Below are positions 10,143 to 20,159 of a DNA stretch of 64,000 bases, piece by piece. The notes under the pieces were generated by a model, which was given only the letters and a program-made list of their open reading frames with translations, did not search any database and was not told where the DNA came from. This DNA comes from Dehalococcoidia bacterium. Its GTDB lineage: Bacteria > Chloroflexota > Dehalococcoidia > Plut-88900. The first letter of the stretch is position 1; each line of letters opens with the position of its first letter. The DNA is taken from assembly GCA_965249275.1 (NCBI GenBank), contig CBDFLQ010000006.1, positions 544,001 to 608,000 of the forward strand. The letters run 5' to 3'. A program made the position numbers and the translations under genes.

Positions 10143-10999
10143 TTGGGAGTTTCCTCTAAGCGCGTATCCCTTGCTTCGTGGATGATACCTATGAACTCGT
10201 CAGCATCGAAGGGTTCACTTGCTCTAACTACTTTTTCAGGATCGAATATCTTGGGGTTGGGGTTATTTAGGAGCGTTTCCAAGCTAGTAGGGTCGCTCCA
10301 AGCTCGAGTAGCATTGAGTTGCTTAACCTGAACGGTGATCCATTCCCCCTTCACGTTGAGTCGGCCTAGCCCGCGTACATCCACGAATCCATTTGCTAAT
10401 TTCAGCATTTCTATGTCGAGATCACTATCGAAACGCAACTGAACAAATTTATCCCCATATTGATGGAGCTGTGCCGTCCCTTTATGCCAATTCACTTCCT
10501 TCAGCCAGCCGTGCACCAATGCTTTTTCTGTGTCTGAATTTCCAACCGGAGCACGACCTACGCTTTTTATCTTTACCTTACGAGGCTTTTCATCGCTGCC
10601 AATCCAGAGGCTAACATCATCAGGCAGCGCATGTGGTATTTCGTAAAGTCTTCCCGTCACTTCCCCAGGCAGGGTGGAATCCTCGCTCCCATCCCAGTTT
10701 CTTAAGGCATCAAACGCTTGTTGGCCAAAGTCCTCCAAATACCCCTGACGGTCAGGTGGATGTTCTAGGGTCAATTCGGCAACATAAGACCCAACATGAG
10801 TAGCATTCAGACGTAAGGTACTCTGTTCGCGAACCCACTTTGGCGGCTGTCCCGGACTCCGTTGACGTTCGCCTAGGTGTTCCACTATTAGGCGCATCGC
10901 ATCTTGGACACCCTGCATTGCAATCATGAATTCATTCAGGGGCACACTACCATCGCTAACTCGACCACCATCCAATGTTACGAAAAGTTTGTCATTCAC
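10139..10999 (-). CDS. Hypothetical 286-aa protein coupled to the PIN gene
   Basis: Long ORF, AT-richer than flanks, 4-nt overlap with the PIN gene start. Confidence 0.75.
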   Translation of the reverse strand: MNDKLFVTLDGGRVSDGSVPLNEFMIAMQGVQDAMRLIVEHLGERQRSPGQPPKWVREQSTLRLNATHVGSYVAELTLEHPPDRQGYLEDFGQQAFDALRNWDGSEDSTLPGEVTGRLYEIPHALPDDVSLWIGSDEKPRKVKIKSVGRAPVGNSDTEKALVHGWLKEVNWHKGTAQLHQYGDKFVQLRFDSDLDIEMLKLANGFVDVRGLGRLNVKGEWITVQVKQLNATRAWSDPTSLETLLNNPNPKIFDPEKVVRASEPFDADEFIGIIHEARDTRLEETPN

Positions 11000-11186
11000 C
11001 GTGACCCCCTTCCTGCACCCTAGGATACCGACATGGTGTTAAAGGAGCGCGTATTATATCCTGACCTAGTCTAGATTTCTCGATTTGGATTCTAACAACA
11101 ATTGTAGCCCTACCAAGAAACGCGGAAGTTCTTTCAGTCCTTGCTAGTGAAGTTCGCAGAGGCAGCAATCCCCACTATCAGAGTCC

Positions 11187-12608
11187 CTAGTTCGCGTGCG
11201 CCATCTGCACCGGCGCAGGCCCGATCTTGTTGTAGCAGTCCAGGGCGGCGACTTTGTAGCACTCGGCGAGGGTGGGGTAGTTGAAGACAGTGTTGACGAA
11301 GTAGTCGAGGGTGCCGCCGAAGGCCAGGACGGCTTGGCCTATGTGAATGAGCTCTGAGGCCTCGGCGCCGATGATGTGGATGCCCAGCAACTCCCGGGTG
11401 TCCCTGTGAAACAGCATCTTGAGCATCCCCGTGTCGTCCCCGAGAATGTTGCCCCGCGCTATCTCCCGGTACCTGGCAAGGCCAACCTCGTAAGGGACAC
11501 CGGCCTCGGTCAAAGCCTGCTCGGTGCCACCGACCATCGATAGCTCCGGCACGGAGTAGATGCCGAAGGGGTAGTGGTGGGGGGAGGAGTGGTAGTCGAT
11601 TCCGAAGGCGTGGCAGGCCGCGGCCCTGCCCTGTTCCATGGAGGTCGAGGCCAGGGAGGGGAAGCCCACTACGTCACCGACCGCGTATATGTGGGATTGT
11701 TCAGTCTGGTAGTGATCGCCGACGGGTATGCGGCCTCGGTGGTCGGAGGTCAGGCCGGCGAAGTCGAGGTTCAGGACACCTGTTGCGCCCATCCGCCCAA
11801 CGGAATACATGAGGAGGTCGGATGTGATTCTCTTTCCCGACTTTAGCGAGGCGACGGCCTTGCCGCCGATGGACTCCACGAGCTCCACTTCCTCGCCGAA
11901 CCGGAAGATGCAACCCATGTTGCGCATGTGGTAGACGAGGGCCTCGGTCAATTCCCTGTCGACGAAATCAAGGATGCCGGAACGTTTCTCCACAACGGTG
12001 ACATCCGAGCCGAGGGCGGCGAAGATCGAGGCGTACTCGATTCCTATTACACCCGCGCCGACTACGGTCATGGTGCGCGGAATGGTGTCCAGGCTGAGGA
12101 CGCCGTCAGAGTCGACGATCGCCTTGCTGTCAACGTCGAATCCCGGCAGGGACGCGGGCGTCGTGCCGGTAGCAATGACGATCTTTTCGGCTTCGACTCG
12201 GACCGTGCCCTTTCTCCCGGTGACCGTCAAGACGTTGGGAGATTCGAAGGAGGCCTCGCCCTGCAGGACATCTACGCGATTGCGCCTCATCTGGTGGCGG
12301 ATAACCTCGGTTTCCTGGACGATCACGTGGTTGCAGCGGAAGAGGAGGTCGTCCGCCATGGAGATGTCTTCTTTGACCGTGAAGGAAGAGCCGTAGATTC
12401 CCCGCTGTCGGAAGCCGGTCAGGTATAGCACGGCCTCACGAAAGGTCTTGGAGGGGATGGTACCGGTGTTGATGCACACACCGCCGACGACTTCTCTACG
12501 CTCGCAGATCCCGATCTTTTTGCCCAGCTTGGCAGCCTGGATTGCGGCGCGTTGCCCGGCAGGCCCGGTACCGATCACGAACATATCGTAGCGTCCGTTT
12601 TCGGCCAT
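11187..12608 (-). CDS. sthA: Soluble (Si-specific) NAD(P)+ transhydrogenase
   Basis: IGTGPAG, GGVCINTGTIPSKTFREA, FNYPTLAECYKVAA. Confidence 0.93.
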   Translation of the reverse strand: MAENGRYDMFVIGTGPAGQRAAIQAAKLGKKIGICERREVVGGVCINTGTIPSKTFREAVLYLTGFRQRGIYGSSFTVKEDISMADDLLFRCNHVIVQETEVIRHQMRRNRVDVLQGEASFESPNVLTVTGRKGTVRVEAEKIVIATGTTPASLPGFDVDSKAIVDSDGVLSLDTIPRTMTVVGAGVIGIEYASIFAALGSDVTVVEKRSGILDFVDRELTEALVYHMRNMGCIFRFGEEVELVESIGGKAVASLKSGKRITSDLLMYSVGRMGATGVLNLDFAGLTSDHRGRIPVGDHYQTEQSHIYAVGDVVGFPSLASTSMEQGRAAACHAFGIDYHSSPHHYPFGIYSVPELSMVGGTEQALTEAGVPYEVGLARYREIARGNILGDDTGMLKMLFHRDTRELLGIHIIGAEASELIHIGQAVLAFGGTLDYFVNTVFNYPTLAECYKVAALDCYNKIGPAPVQMAHAN

Positions 12609-13489
12609 GTTGCTCCAAAAAGCACGTGGGGGAATTGCCTATAACGCTCTGGCAGTGTAGTTGCCGCCCGCGCGTCGTGTCAATTGAGTGCACTCGTTCG
12701 GTAGGTTAGCGACACACCGGCCTTTTCTTCAGTCCTCCAGAGGCGGATGTTCCATCTTCGATTGTGGGGTTTCGGTTTCCGTTCTGTCTGTTAGGTTTTG
12801 GGAAGGCGATGAAAGACGCTTGCTGGATTAGGCTCCCTACATTTAGATAATGCGGGCTAGGAGTCGTCCCGGGAGCGTGGGACGGGTCTCCGCCGCCGCC
12901 TAGACCTGGAAGTATGGTCGGACGTACGGGTCCGTCATCCGTCATAGGCTCCAATGAAGGTTGGCTGCGCTGCGAGACATGCAGGAAGGGGAAAGTCCAG
13001 GGTCAGTTCCCCTCGCAGGAGTACGGGGTATCCAGTTAGCCGCCTGTATCCAGGAGCCGGGAGTGGCGGACAGTCCAGTTTATTTGAGGAAGCGGACGGA
13101 GAGCCGAGCGGGCCTCGGCTACGGGCTGCCCCGTTCCGCTCCATGGGTCGGGTTGCTCCGTGAGGAGACTTTTATGTACGGTCCAGGGCGTCTTCCATCG
13201 CCTAGTGGTCAGGGAAGGGGGAAGGGTACACGGGACCCGGTGGGAAGAGGAGATGGCGACTTTCGCTTGTGCCGCGGGCCTGCGCGAGGGCCGTTGGGAT
13301 GGGCTGAGGCGTTGAGTCCTCGGGTGGGTCGGGTGGGCTTCCCTGGGTTTTTGGTTCCTCCTTAAGGTGGTTGGGCTGGTGTTCGAACGGTGCGGATAGT
13401 AGCACGGGTGTTCAGGTAATGTCAATGGGTTCGTGTCACACTTGGGTGGACACCGCCCCAGCCCCACAGGGGAACCCTCACCCCCTTAA

Positions 13490-13628
13490 TCCCCCTCTCC
13501 CTTAGGGCCTTCAAGGGAGAGGGGGAGATAAGAATAGAGGCCCACGTGCGTGCAGAGCACGCACGTGGGCCTCTAATTCAGTACTGGGGGGAGGGGGATG
13601 GATTCCCGATAGGGGTCGGGGATGACGG
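13490..13628. repeat. Cluster of REP-like palindromes: CCCCCTCTCCC..GGGAGAGGGGG, a perfect GAGGCCCACGTGCGTGC hairpin, and a GGATTCCC..GGGATGAC element
   Basis: Three adjacent inverted repeats downstream of the lipoprotein gene. Confidence 0.75.
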
Positions 13629-13650
13629 AGAGGCTGCGGATGTTTATTGA

Positions 13651-14586
13651 CTAGTTGGAGAAAGACAGGAGTTCGTCGGGGGGTTCTAGCTCATAGGGCT
13701 CGTTGTAGCCGCTGTAGGTAATGGTGATGAAGTCCCGGGTCTCGCCGTCCGAGCCCTGTTCGGCGACTATGACTTTCCTGGTCAGGAAGTCGGTGGCGTC
13801 CACGGTCCTGGTTACGCTGCCTGCCGACCCCGGAGCCAATCCCGTCCCGCCACCCTGGCCTGCAAATTCCGAAATCAAGACGTAGCCTCGGGAGCCATCA
13901 TCCAGGTCCACGATGCCGTCGAAAGAAGCGGTTGGGTCGTTGGGGGCGATTAGGAAGCCGACCAGCTGCAGGGCGGTGAGGAATTCGGTGTCGGGGGGAT
14001 CGCCTTCGTACCATTCACTGGACTCAGGGTTTTGGAAATAAGTGTCGTTACCTATGAAGACTCCGTTAGTCGTGCTGGTTGCTCCCGCTATATTCAAGAC
14101 CATCTCGAATTGGAGGCGGCCGGCTCGGGCCACGATGCCGCTCAACGTCATGGAGAAGTCGGACCCGCCGGAGCCATCCACGGGGAAGAGAGACGGCAGA
14201 TCTACTTCAGCGACGAATGAGACGTTTTCAATCTGCTCGGCGGCAAGGATGCCGCACGACGTGACCACTGCGGCACTGTCCAAGGTGCCATCGGGGGCAC
14301 ATTGAGCGGAGAGGTACCCCGAGGTGTCGACGTCCGGGCTAAGGCCGGCTGCGGGGTCGGGGGTGGGGACGGAAGTTGGTGGGGTGGTGGGTTGATCTGT
14401 AGGGGGAGGAGGTGTGGCCTCGGCTGCCGGAGCGGAGGGTTGGGTGGTGGGTGGAATAGAGGGAACGTCTGTGGGTTCGGGAGTTGCGGTTGGCTCCGGA
14501 TCGCCGCCACAGGCTACGAGGATGACCGCCGCCATGAAAAGAGCGGCTGCCACATAGACTATTCTTTTCAATTTAAACCCCTTCAA
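13651..14586 (-). CDS. Putative lipoprotein with Pro/Thr linker (possibly LppX/LolA-like fold)
   Basis: Signal peptide with lipobox LVAC, PT-rich linker, beta-rich domain. Confidence 0.75.
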   Translation of the reverse strand: MKGFKLKRIVYVAAALFMAAVILVACGGDPEPTATPEPTDVPSIPPTTQPSAPAAEATPPPPTDQPTTPPTSVPTPDPAAGLSPDVDTSGYLSAQCAPDGTLDSAAVVTSCGILAAEQIENVSFVAEVDLPSLFPVDGSGGSDFSMTLSGIVARAGRLQFEMVLNIAGATSTTNGVFIGNDTYFQNPESSEWYEGDPPDTEFLTALQLVGFLIAPNDPTASFDGIVDLDDGSRGYVLISEFAGQGGGTGLAPGSAGSVTRTVDATDFLTRKVIVAEQGSDGETRDFITITYSGYNEPYELEPPDELLSFSN

Positions 14587-14665
14587 TCAGGTGGCCGACG
14601 ATTTTAAAGCTGGTCGGCGTTCCCTAAATCGTACCATTTTTTGAACAGGGCTTGGGGAAGTGTCA

Positions 14666-14974
14666 TCAAAAAGACATGTTCAGAGTGCGCTCCAGATTGG
14701 AGAGATATTCAGCGAAGGCGCGTCGGCCTGCGGATGTGGCCTCGACCCAGGTGCGGGGCTTGGCATCCACAAACTCCTTGGTCGTGGCTACGTACCCGGC
14801 CTCCTCCAACTTTCGCAAATGGATTGTCAGGTTGCCGCCAGTCAGGCCCAGGCTCTTCTGAATGAGGCCGTAGGCGACCCGATCAGTCTGGGACCGGTGC
14901 GCCAGGAGCGTCATGATGCGAAGGCGGGTTGATTGATGAATTATCTCGTCGAGGACGGCAGGCGCGTCACTCAT
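14666..14974 (-). CDS. Winged-helix transcriptional regulator (HTH_34/ArsR-like)
   Basis: IHQSTRLRIM, LTGGNLTIHLRKLEEAGYV, KPRTW. Confidence 0.9.
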   Translation of the reverse strand: MSDAPAVLDEIIHQSTRLRIMTLLAHRSQTDRVAYGLIQKSLGLTGGNLTIHLRKLEEAGYVATTKEFVDAKPRTWVEATSAGRRAFAEYLSNLERTLNMSF

Positions 14975-15606
14975 GCGACGCCGGTTTTGCGAATCCAAGT
15001 CCAGGCTATGGCCACGGCCGTCAACACGAGTACGGCTGATACAGCGTTAGAAAAATCTCCGGCGAAATAGGAAGGCGCGTAGTGAGCGGCGGCGATACCC
15101 ACGCCCATGAGTGCAATTGCCTTGTGATGCATGATGCCAAAAAGAATGTAACCGAGCGCTACAATCCCTACGGCTACACGGGATATGGCAAGCTCATTGG
15201 ACTCAATAGTCCACAAGCCGGACGCCGCCGGGATGACGAAAGCGGCCGTGATAACGGTCATCCAGAAGAAGAACACTCGGAGCCCGGCGCGGGTGGCAGT
15301 AGGACCGTCGGAGTTCGCGTGCCCGGCTCGGTACCCCAATATGGAGCTGCCGATCATGCCAATAGTCCCTAACACGCCCCACAAGGGGCCCGGAAACCAG
15401 GGATAGTCGTCTGCAAATGTCGGGAAAGCCACCTCCACTACGAATTGAGTCAGGTAGCCCACCGAAACGATGACTCCCCATAGCAACAAGATGGATGGCC
15501 AACCCGCCACATACATAAGGCTGCGGGACCTGTCCAAAGTTGCGTGAATGGACTCCCATGCGTCCTCTGAAGTAATGCGATGTTCTTCACGATCTTGATT
15601 CTTCAT
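14971..15606 (-). CDS. Multi-TM membrane protein coupled to the regulator
   Basis: About 6 hydrophobic segments; ATGA overlap. Confidence 0.8.
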   Translation of the reverse strand: MKNQDREEHRITSEDAWESIHATLDRSRSLMYVAGWPSILLLWGVIVSVGYLTQFVVEVAFPTFADDYPWFPGPLWGVLGTIGMIGSSILGYRAGHANSDGPTATRAGLRVFFFWMTVITAAFVIPAASGLWTIESNELAISRVAVGIVALGYILFGIMHHKAIALMGVGIAAAHYAPSYFAGDFSNAVSAVLVLTAVAIAWTWIRKTGVA

Positions 15607-15650
15607 GTTATCTCTCCCGGCAGCCTTGGTTTTTGCCCGTATGTGCAAAC

Positions 15651-15669
15651 TAGTTTGTAATACAAACTA
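15651..15669. promoter_or_regulatory. Palindromic operator TAGTTTGTA-A-TACAAACTA in the promoter of the membrane protein/wHTH operon
   Basis: Perfect 9-1-9 palindrome just downstream of minus-strand TTGACA (15675-15680). Confidence 0.6.
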
Positions 15670-16065
15670 TCTCGTGTCAAGAGGAGCACGGGTGGGCTGA
15701 GGTTCACGTGGGGGATAGATAAGGATCGGGCCGGGCTGCCGAGGGCAGATGAGGGGGTGGAATCAAGTGAAGGGGACGTCGGATTGTATGCCGTCAGCTG
15801 AACTCCGTAGCTTCTGCGTTCCGGCGGGTCTTCAGCGGTGGCCGGTAGGGACAAATGTCGGGTTCCAGAACGCACCTTTATTGCGGGAGCATCATATACG
15901 GCGCCGGCTTTATTAAAGCACTGGTTTGAAAATCATCGGCCACCGGAGTGCTGAATCCCACGCCACGCAAGGTCGATTCTAAGAGTGAGAATGCGTGATG
16001 TGCAGCTATCTAGGTCGAGGAGGTTCGCCGAACACGCGGTAGGCGGGGGGGCGGCCATGCGGAAA

Positions 16066-16142
16066 TGGTGGGCGATACTGGACTCGAACCAGTGACCTCT
16101 GCGATGTCAACGCAGCGCTCTAACCAACTGAGCTAACCGCCC
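16066..16142 (-). tRNA. tRNA-Val(GAC)
   Basis: Reverse complement GGGCGGTTAGCTCAG...TTGACAT...ATCGCCCACCA. Confidence 0.97.
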
Positions 16143-16288
16143 CGGTGTTCCGAGTCTAGCAAAGGGGATTTTGCGAGTCAACAAAGGCTCGGGCGGCAGG
16201 GGTCAAGGGCCTGAGGGAGGCACATAATTGCGATTACGTCAAGTTGAGGTAGGGACGGGCAAGAAAACAAGTAGCAGGTGGACAATCC

Positions 16289-16579
16289 TTAAAAGGATTC
16301 AGCTTCAACGAACAAGAATTTCTCTATCTGCTCGATTACCTGGTCGAAATTTGTAAATGCCAAAAGTGCGCACGTCCCACATAACACTGCCTTCTTTTTT
16401 TGGACGCTTTCAAAGGAGACCATAGCGTGGGATTTGCCAGCCGTCCCCGTGTCGGCCCGTTTAGTTGTCAGGGCGTAACGAAGGGCTTCTACAGGTATCT
16501 CTTGGCTACATCTATAGCAGGAGATAATAGATTCCTCTTTGGGGAGAGCGGTAAGGCGAATGGCAACTAGGTTTGTCAT
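16289..16579 (-). CDS. Small CxxC...CxxC protein
   Basis: CYRC...CGTC; same strand and close spacing after the kiwa genes. Confidence 0.55.
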   Translation of the reverse strand: MTNLVAIRLTALPKEESIISCYRCSQEIPVEALRYALTTKRADTGTAGKSHAMVSFESVQKKKAVLCGTCALLAFTNFDQVIEQIEKFLFVEAESF

Positions 16580-16619
16580 TTTTTAGTAATGGCGACCTAA
16601 CTTACGAGATGGAAACTCG

Positions 16620-16847
16620 CTACCATCCGGCGTCCGTAAGCCTGTTGCCGCAGGGGCATTGAATGATCGTAGTTTCGTGATGGTGTTCTCCGTGGTTAAT
16701 CACTGTAAATCCCTCTGGCACACTGCGAATGTGTCTACCTCGGCTCCCCTTAACAAATGACCAACCGTCGTTCTCTCTAACTTCAACGACACCACCACGA
16801 CCGCAATCAGGGCATCTGAGATCCCTGCTGTACCTGTCAGTTGCCAT
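16620..16847 (-). CDS. Small Zn-ribbon-like protein
   Basis: AAGGAG RBS; CPDC...CPC. Confidence 0.65.
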   Translation of the reverse strand: MATDRYSRDLRCPDCGRGGVVEVRENDGWSFVKGSRGRHIRSVPEGFTVINHGEHHHETTIIQCPCGNRLTDAGW

Positions 16848-16879
16848 TGGCCGTTACTCCTTGCAGGTGGATCGGCTGG

Positions 16880-17803
16880 TTAATTTAGGGGCGGAGCTGG
16901 GCGCTGGGAGTTGGTAATGAACGGGGTTCCCGAAAACGCTCCACGCCAGCGGCTGTCCGATATGAATTGCAAAAACGCTTTAAGTAGGTACCGCTCTGCA
17001 GGTATCTGTACTTTTCCGTCACTGACGCGGATAGGAAACTCTGTCTGGTCGGCCACCTCCTGACTGTATTTGGTGGTTAGGTTAGTCAGAATTCCGCGTG
17101 TTTGTATTTCTGTTATGCGTTTACGGTCGAGTTGGTCTAGGGCATCCACCACATACTCGATGTTGGTGTTGTCAAATACTTCGGCTTGAACAAAGGCCAT
17201 CACCTCTTTTTCCGTCGCTGCCTTGTATCGTTCCTTTAGGTCAAAAATGGGGCGTACCGCCTGCAGGCCCTTAAAAAGCATCTGTTGTTCTTCAACAATA
17301 CAGACCAGGGAGCGTCCCAGGGTTAAAACAGGGTCGGACAAACGGTCAAATCTGTCGTGCTGGAGAACCATTGCTATTAGGTCGCGACGTTGGAGTAATT
17401 GTTGAGCCGTAAACCCCTGTACTAAGACCCGTGTGCCGTCGATGGGGTAGGAGGGGACACACAAGGCTTTGATGTTGCCCCTAGATAGGTCTTCTGTATC
17501 TAGTTCCTCAACCGCCAATGAACCACCTGTAATCTGGTTAAAAATACTGGCGGCATCGGGGGTTAGTGGGGTGACAAACGTTTCGTCAGGACCCGCTTTC
17601 CAGGTACCCGACGTTTCGTACGGTATATCCTCGACGTTGCCCTCTCTAAAACTCTCGGCTTGTCTTTCAAACATGCGGCCAACTGCAACCTGGAGGCGCG
17701 AGGTTAGCCTTATGCGCCGAGCAACCACTTCCCCTTTCCTGGGCTTACAGATCGCAAAGAGATTCGGGGCATTGTCCTCGGTTATCTCTGTCCTTGTCGT
17801 CAA
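16880..17803 (-). CDS. kwaB: Kiwa anti-phage protein KwaB-like (DUF4868)
   Basis: ~300 aa; VLVQGFTAQQLL, FDLKERYKAAT, FL.FI.D..W.G.FS...FITNS.R pattern; follows a 4-TM gene. Confidence 0.75.
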   Translation of the reverse strand: MTTRTEITEDNAPNLFAICKPRKGEVVARRIRLTSRLQVAVGRMFERQAESFREGNVEDIPYETSGTWKAGPDETFVTPLTPDAASIFNQITGGSLAVEELDTEDLSRGNIKALCVPSYPIDGTRVLVQGFTAQQLLQRRDLIAMVLQHDRFDRLSDPVLTLGRSLVCIVEEQQMLFKGLQAVRPIFDLKERYKAATEKEVMAFVQAEVFDNTNIEYVVDALDQLDRKRITEIQTRGILTNLTTKYSQEVADQTEFPIRVSDGKVQIPAERYLLKAFLQFISDSRWRGAFSGTPFITNSQRPAPPLN

Positions 17804-18323
17804 GTGAGTGAGTCTCCCCTCTGTCCATTAGGGTGTAGGTGGAAAGCTCGATCACATTAACGTATTTTGTTACATTGCGCAATTTTTGCCTTGATAACAA
17901 GATATACGATATGCCTTCGGGAGTACTAACTTTGTAAAAGTGCCAACCCATTATGACCAGTAGGGGGTTAAGGTGGTGATAGTGCCCTGTCACCATCCAA
18001 GCTAAGAACAATGCCCCCGCTGGAATCAGTATGACCCAATTGGTTTGCAGTGTTGGAGTTTCAAGAAGGGGAACCAGGTACAGTACCAAGATACCTAACG
18101 ATTCTTGGTCAGCGGCCTCGGCTCCGGTTAGCTGTAGGGGTATACGCTCGGCGTTGCTATGGTAGTAACGCAGTAAGAGGATTCCGCCAACCAAGAACAA
18201 GACCCCAACGCCCCCCACACAACTGGCCCGTATGTAGTGACCTCCTATTGCTCCCACAATTCCGTACACCCACAACACGGGCGCAACGGACATACCTGTC
18301 AAGATAAAACTACTTAAGTTCAT
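17745..18323 (-). CDS. kwaA: Kiwa anti-phage membrane protein KwaA-like
   Basis: Four TM segments; YLVPL and NPLLVIMGWHFYKV motifs; overlaps kwaB. Confidence 0.75.
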   Translation of the reverse strand: MNLSSFILTGMSVAPVLWVYGIVGAIGGHYIRASCVGGVGVLFLVGGILLLRYYHSNAERIPLQLTGAEAADQESLGILVLYLVPLLETPTLQTNWVILIPAGALFLAWMVTGHYHHLNPLLVIMGWHFYKVSTPEGISYILLSRQKLRNVTKYVNVIELSTYTLMDRGETHSLDDKDRDNRGQCPESLCDL

Positions 18324-18725
18324 CGTCGAATGGGTGGGATTCCAGGGGGTGGCTGTTTGTGGGTTCCAGTATACAACACCGCCACAATCTCGCTGTACCC
18401 AAAAGGTCGGTTTTGGACCACACCTTACCTCCGTTTGTCAAGTGCCCGCCACCCCCCTGTCCTCGTGTCTTAGACACACCGCCCGCCATGTCCTGAGCTA
18501 GCTTATTTTCCCGCCCTTTTTCGCCCCTATTTAGGCCTGTAGCCATGTGATAAGCAACTCTTTTAGTATTGTCATAGCGGCGGCCATAGTTGCTAAAGTT
18601 GACACTTTAGCGTATCATAACAAGTACATCAAAGAAAAACCCCGACAGGTTGCAGCCCGTCGGGGTTCTAAAAGGTCACTGTCATTACCAGTGGCCTTCC
18701 ACCCACAAGGAAGTATCGGTTCCCA

Positions 18726-19955
18726 GTGGTCACGCTAAAGTATACAGCAAACATAGCAGATGAGCAAAACACTCGCTCATATTGCGAACTGAAAAAGGAG
18801 CTTTCCAGCCTGAACGACACCGGTCTACTTCAACGGCTGGAAGCCTACCGCCTGGTGGGGCGTAAAGGTTACTCGCTCCGTGCTCTCTGGCGGGCCTACG
18901 CCTGTTCCTACCTGTTAAACCTTCCCAGTACCAACACCCTTATTCGTAGACTCCGCAATGACTTCGAACTCCGGAAACTATGTGGCTTTACCAGACTTCC
19001 CCACCGAATGACCTTTAACCGCTTCGTAAACCGGTTGTCCCACCACCCCAGCCTTGTGGAGCAGGCATTTGCGGGGGTTACCAATGAACTTAAGGGCTTC
19101 CTGCCCGACCTGGGCGAGGAAGTGGCGGTGGACTCCACGGTTGTGAAGAGTTACAGCCGACCACACCATAAAGACCTCAGTGATCCCGAAGCCTCGTGGA
19201 CGGCCAAGAACAGTCCCCGGGCCAAAAAGGACGGCAAGGAATGGTTTTGGGGATACAAGGTTCACATGGTGGCCGATGCCAACCACGGACTACCCCTTGC
19301 CCAGTACGTCACAACAGCCAGCCGTAATGACAGCCCGGAGCTACCCAATGTCATAGCACAGGCCGAGAGCCTGTACTCATGGTTTATGCCGGAGGCCGCT
19401 ATGGCTGACAGGGGGTACGACTCCAAAGCCAACCATGAATACCTTTGGGGTAAGGGTATTCTCCCAATTATCCACATAAGGCGAAAGGGGGGTATACGAC
19501 CGAAGGGTGGTAGTGAGTTTTATGACGACACCTTTACCAAGGAGGGAGTACCCGTATGTCTGGGCAGAATCCCCATGCGGTACATTTGCAGTGATCCCAA
19601 GCGGGGCCACCTGTACCGGTGCGTGGGTTGCCACCTGGCGGAGTCATTTAGGGGTGGCATAAGGCACTGTGATACCGAGATATGGCAGGACCCGACCGAA
19701 AACCTTCGGTTGTTTGGAGCCATTAGACGGGAGGGGCCGGAGTGGAAAGCCCGGTATGCCAAACGGCAGGCCATAGAACGGGTCTTCAAGTCCATGAAAG
19801 AGTCCCGGAGGCTAGATCGTCACTACCTCCGAAGGTTGCGCAAGATCAGCCTTCACGCCCTTATGTCGGTACTGACTTTTCAGGTGACGGCCCTGGTAAA
19901 GGCCCGGCAAGGGCGGTTTGGCGAGCTTAGGTGGCAGGTCGAGAAGGTAGCCTAA
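18726..19955 (+). CDS. DDE transposase, IS1182/IS5-like (DUF772 + DDE_Tnp_1)
   Basis: GRKGYS, LCGF..LPH..TFNRF, AVDSTVV, DPEASW, WGYKVH, ADRGYDS, Y..RQAIERVF. Confidence 0.9.
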   Translation: MVTLKYTANIADEQNTRSYCELKKELSSLNDTGLLQRLEAYRLVGRKGYSLRALWRAYACSYLLNLPSTNTLIRRLRNDFELRKLCGFTRLPHRMTFNRFVNRLSHHPSLVEQAFAGVTNELKGFLPDLGEEVAVDSTVVKSYSRPHHKDLSDPEASWTAKNSPRAKKDGKEWFWGYKVHMVADANHGLPLAQYVTTASRNDSPELPNVIAQAESLYSWFMPEAAMADRGYDSKANHEYLWGKGILPIIHIRRKGGIRPKGGSEFYDDTFTKEGVPVCLGRIPMRYICSDPKRGHLYRCVGCHLAESFRGGIRHCDTEIWQDPTENLRLFGAIRREGPEWKARYAKRQAIERVFKSMKESRRLDRHYLRRLRKISLHALMSVLTFQVTALVKARQGRFGELRWQVEKVA

Positions 19956-20159
19956 ACGAGTCGAGTTTCTGATTGACACGACCCCATGTCCGGCGTAGTC
20001 TAGTCTTAGCGACAGTGGTTCACTGGTTACACATACCCAATTCCCGTTATTCCATGCTTGGCCAGGAGAGTGGCCACATGCTCCCTCCTGGCTGGAATAA
20101 CGAGGGCTGGGCCACTGTCGCAAGTACCCACTCTTCTGCTGGAGGGAGCACTTCGCGTT

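Noticed and set aside
13651-16066. Possible island integrated at the tRNA-Val 3' end
   Set aside because: No duplicated tRNA 3' end or integrase seen; the IR-bounded element lies on the tRNA's 5' side
18310-18738. Short ORFs between kwaA and the transposase
   Set aside because: No recognisable motifs; more likely a divergent promoter region with a hairpin at about 18638-18668
19971-19990. TTGACACGACC after the transposase as a possible IS right end
   Set aside because: No convincing inverted partner upstream (only TCGTGTC near 18463); it fits better as the -35 of the lipoprotein promoter
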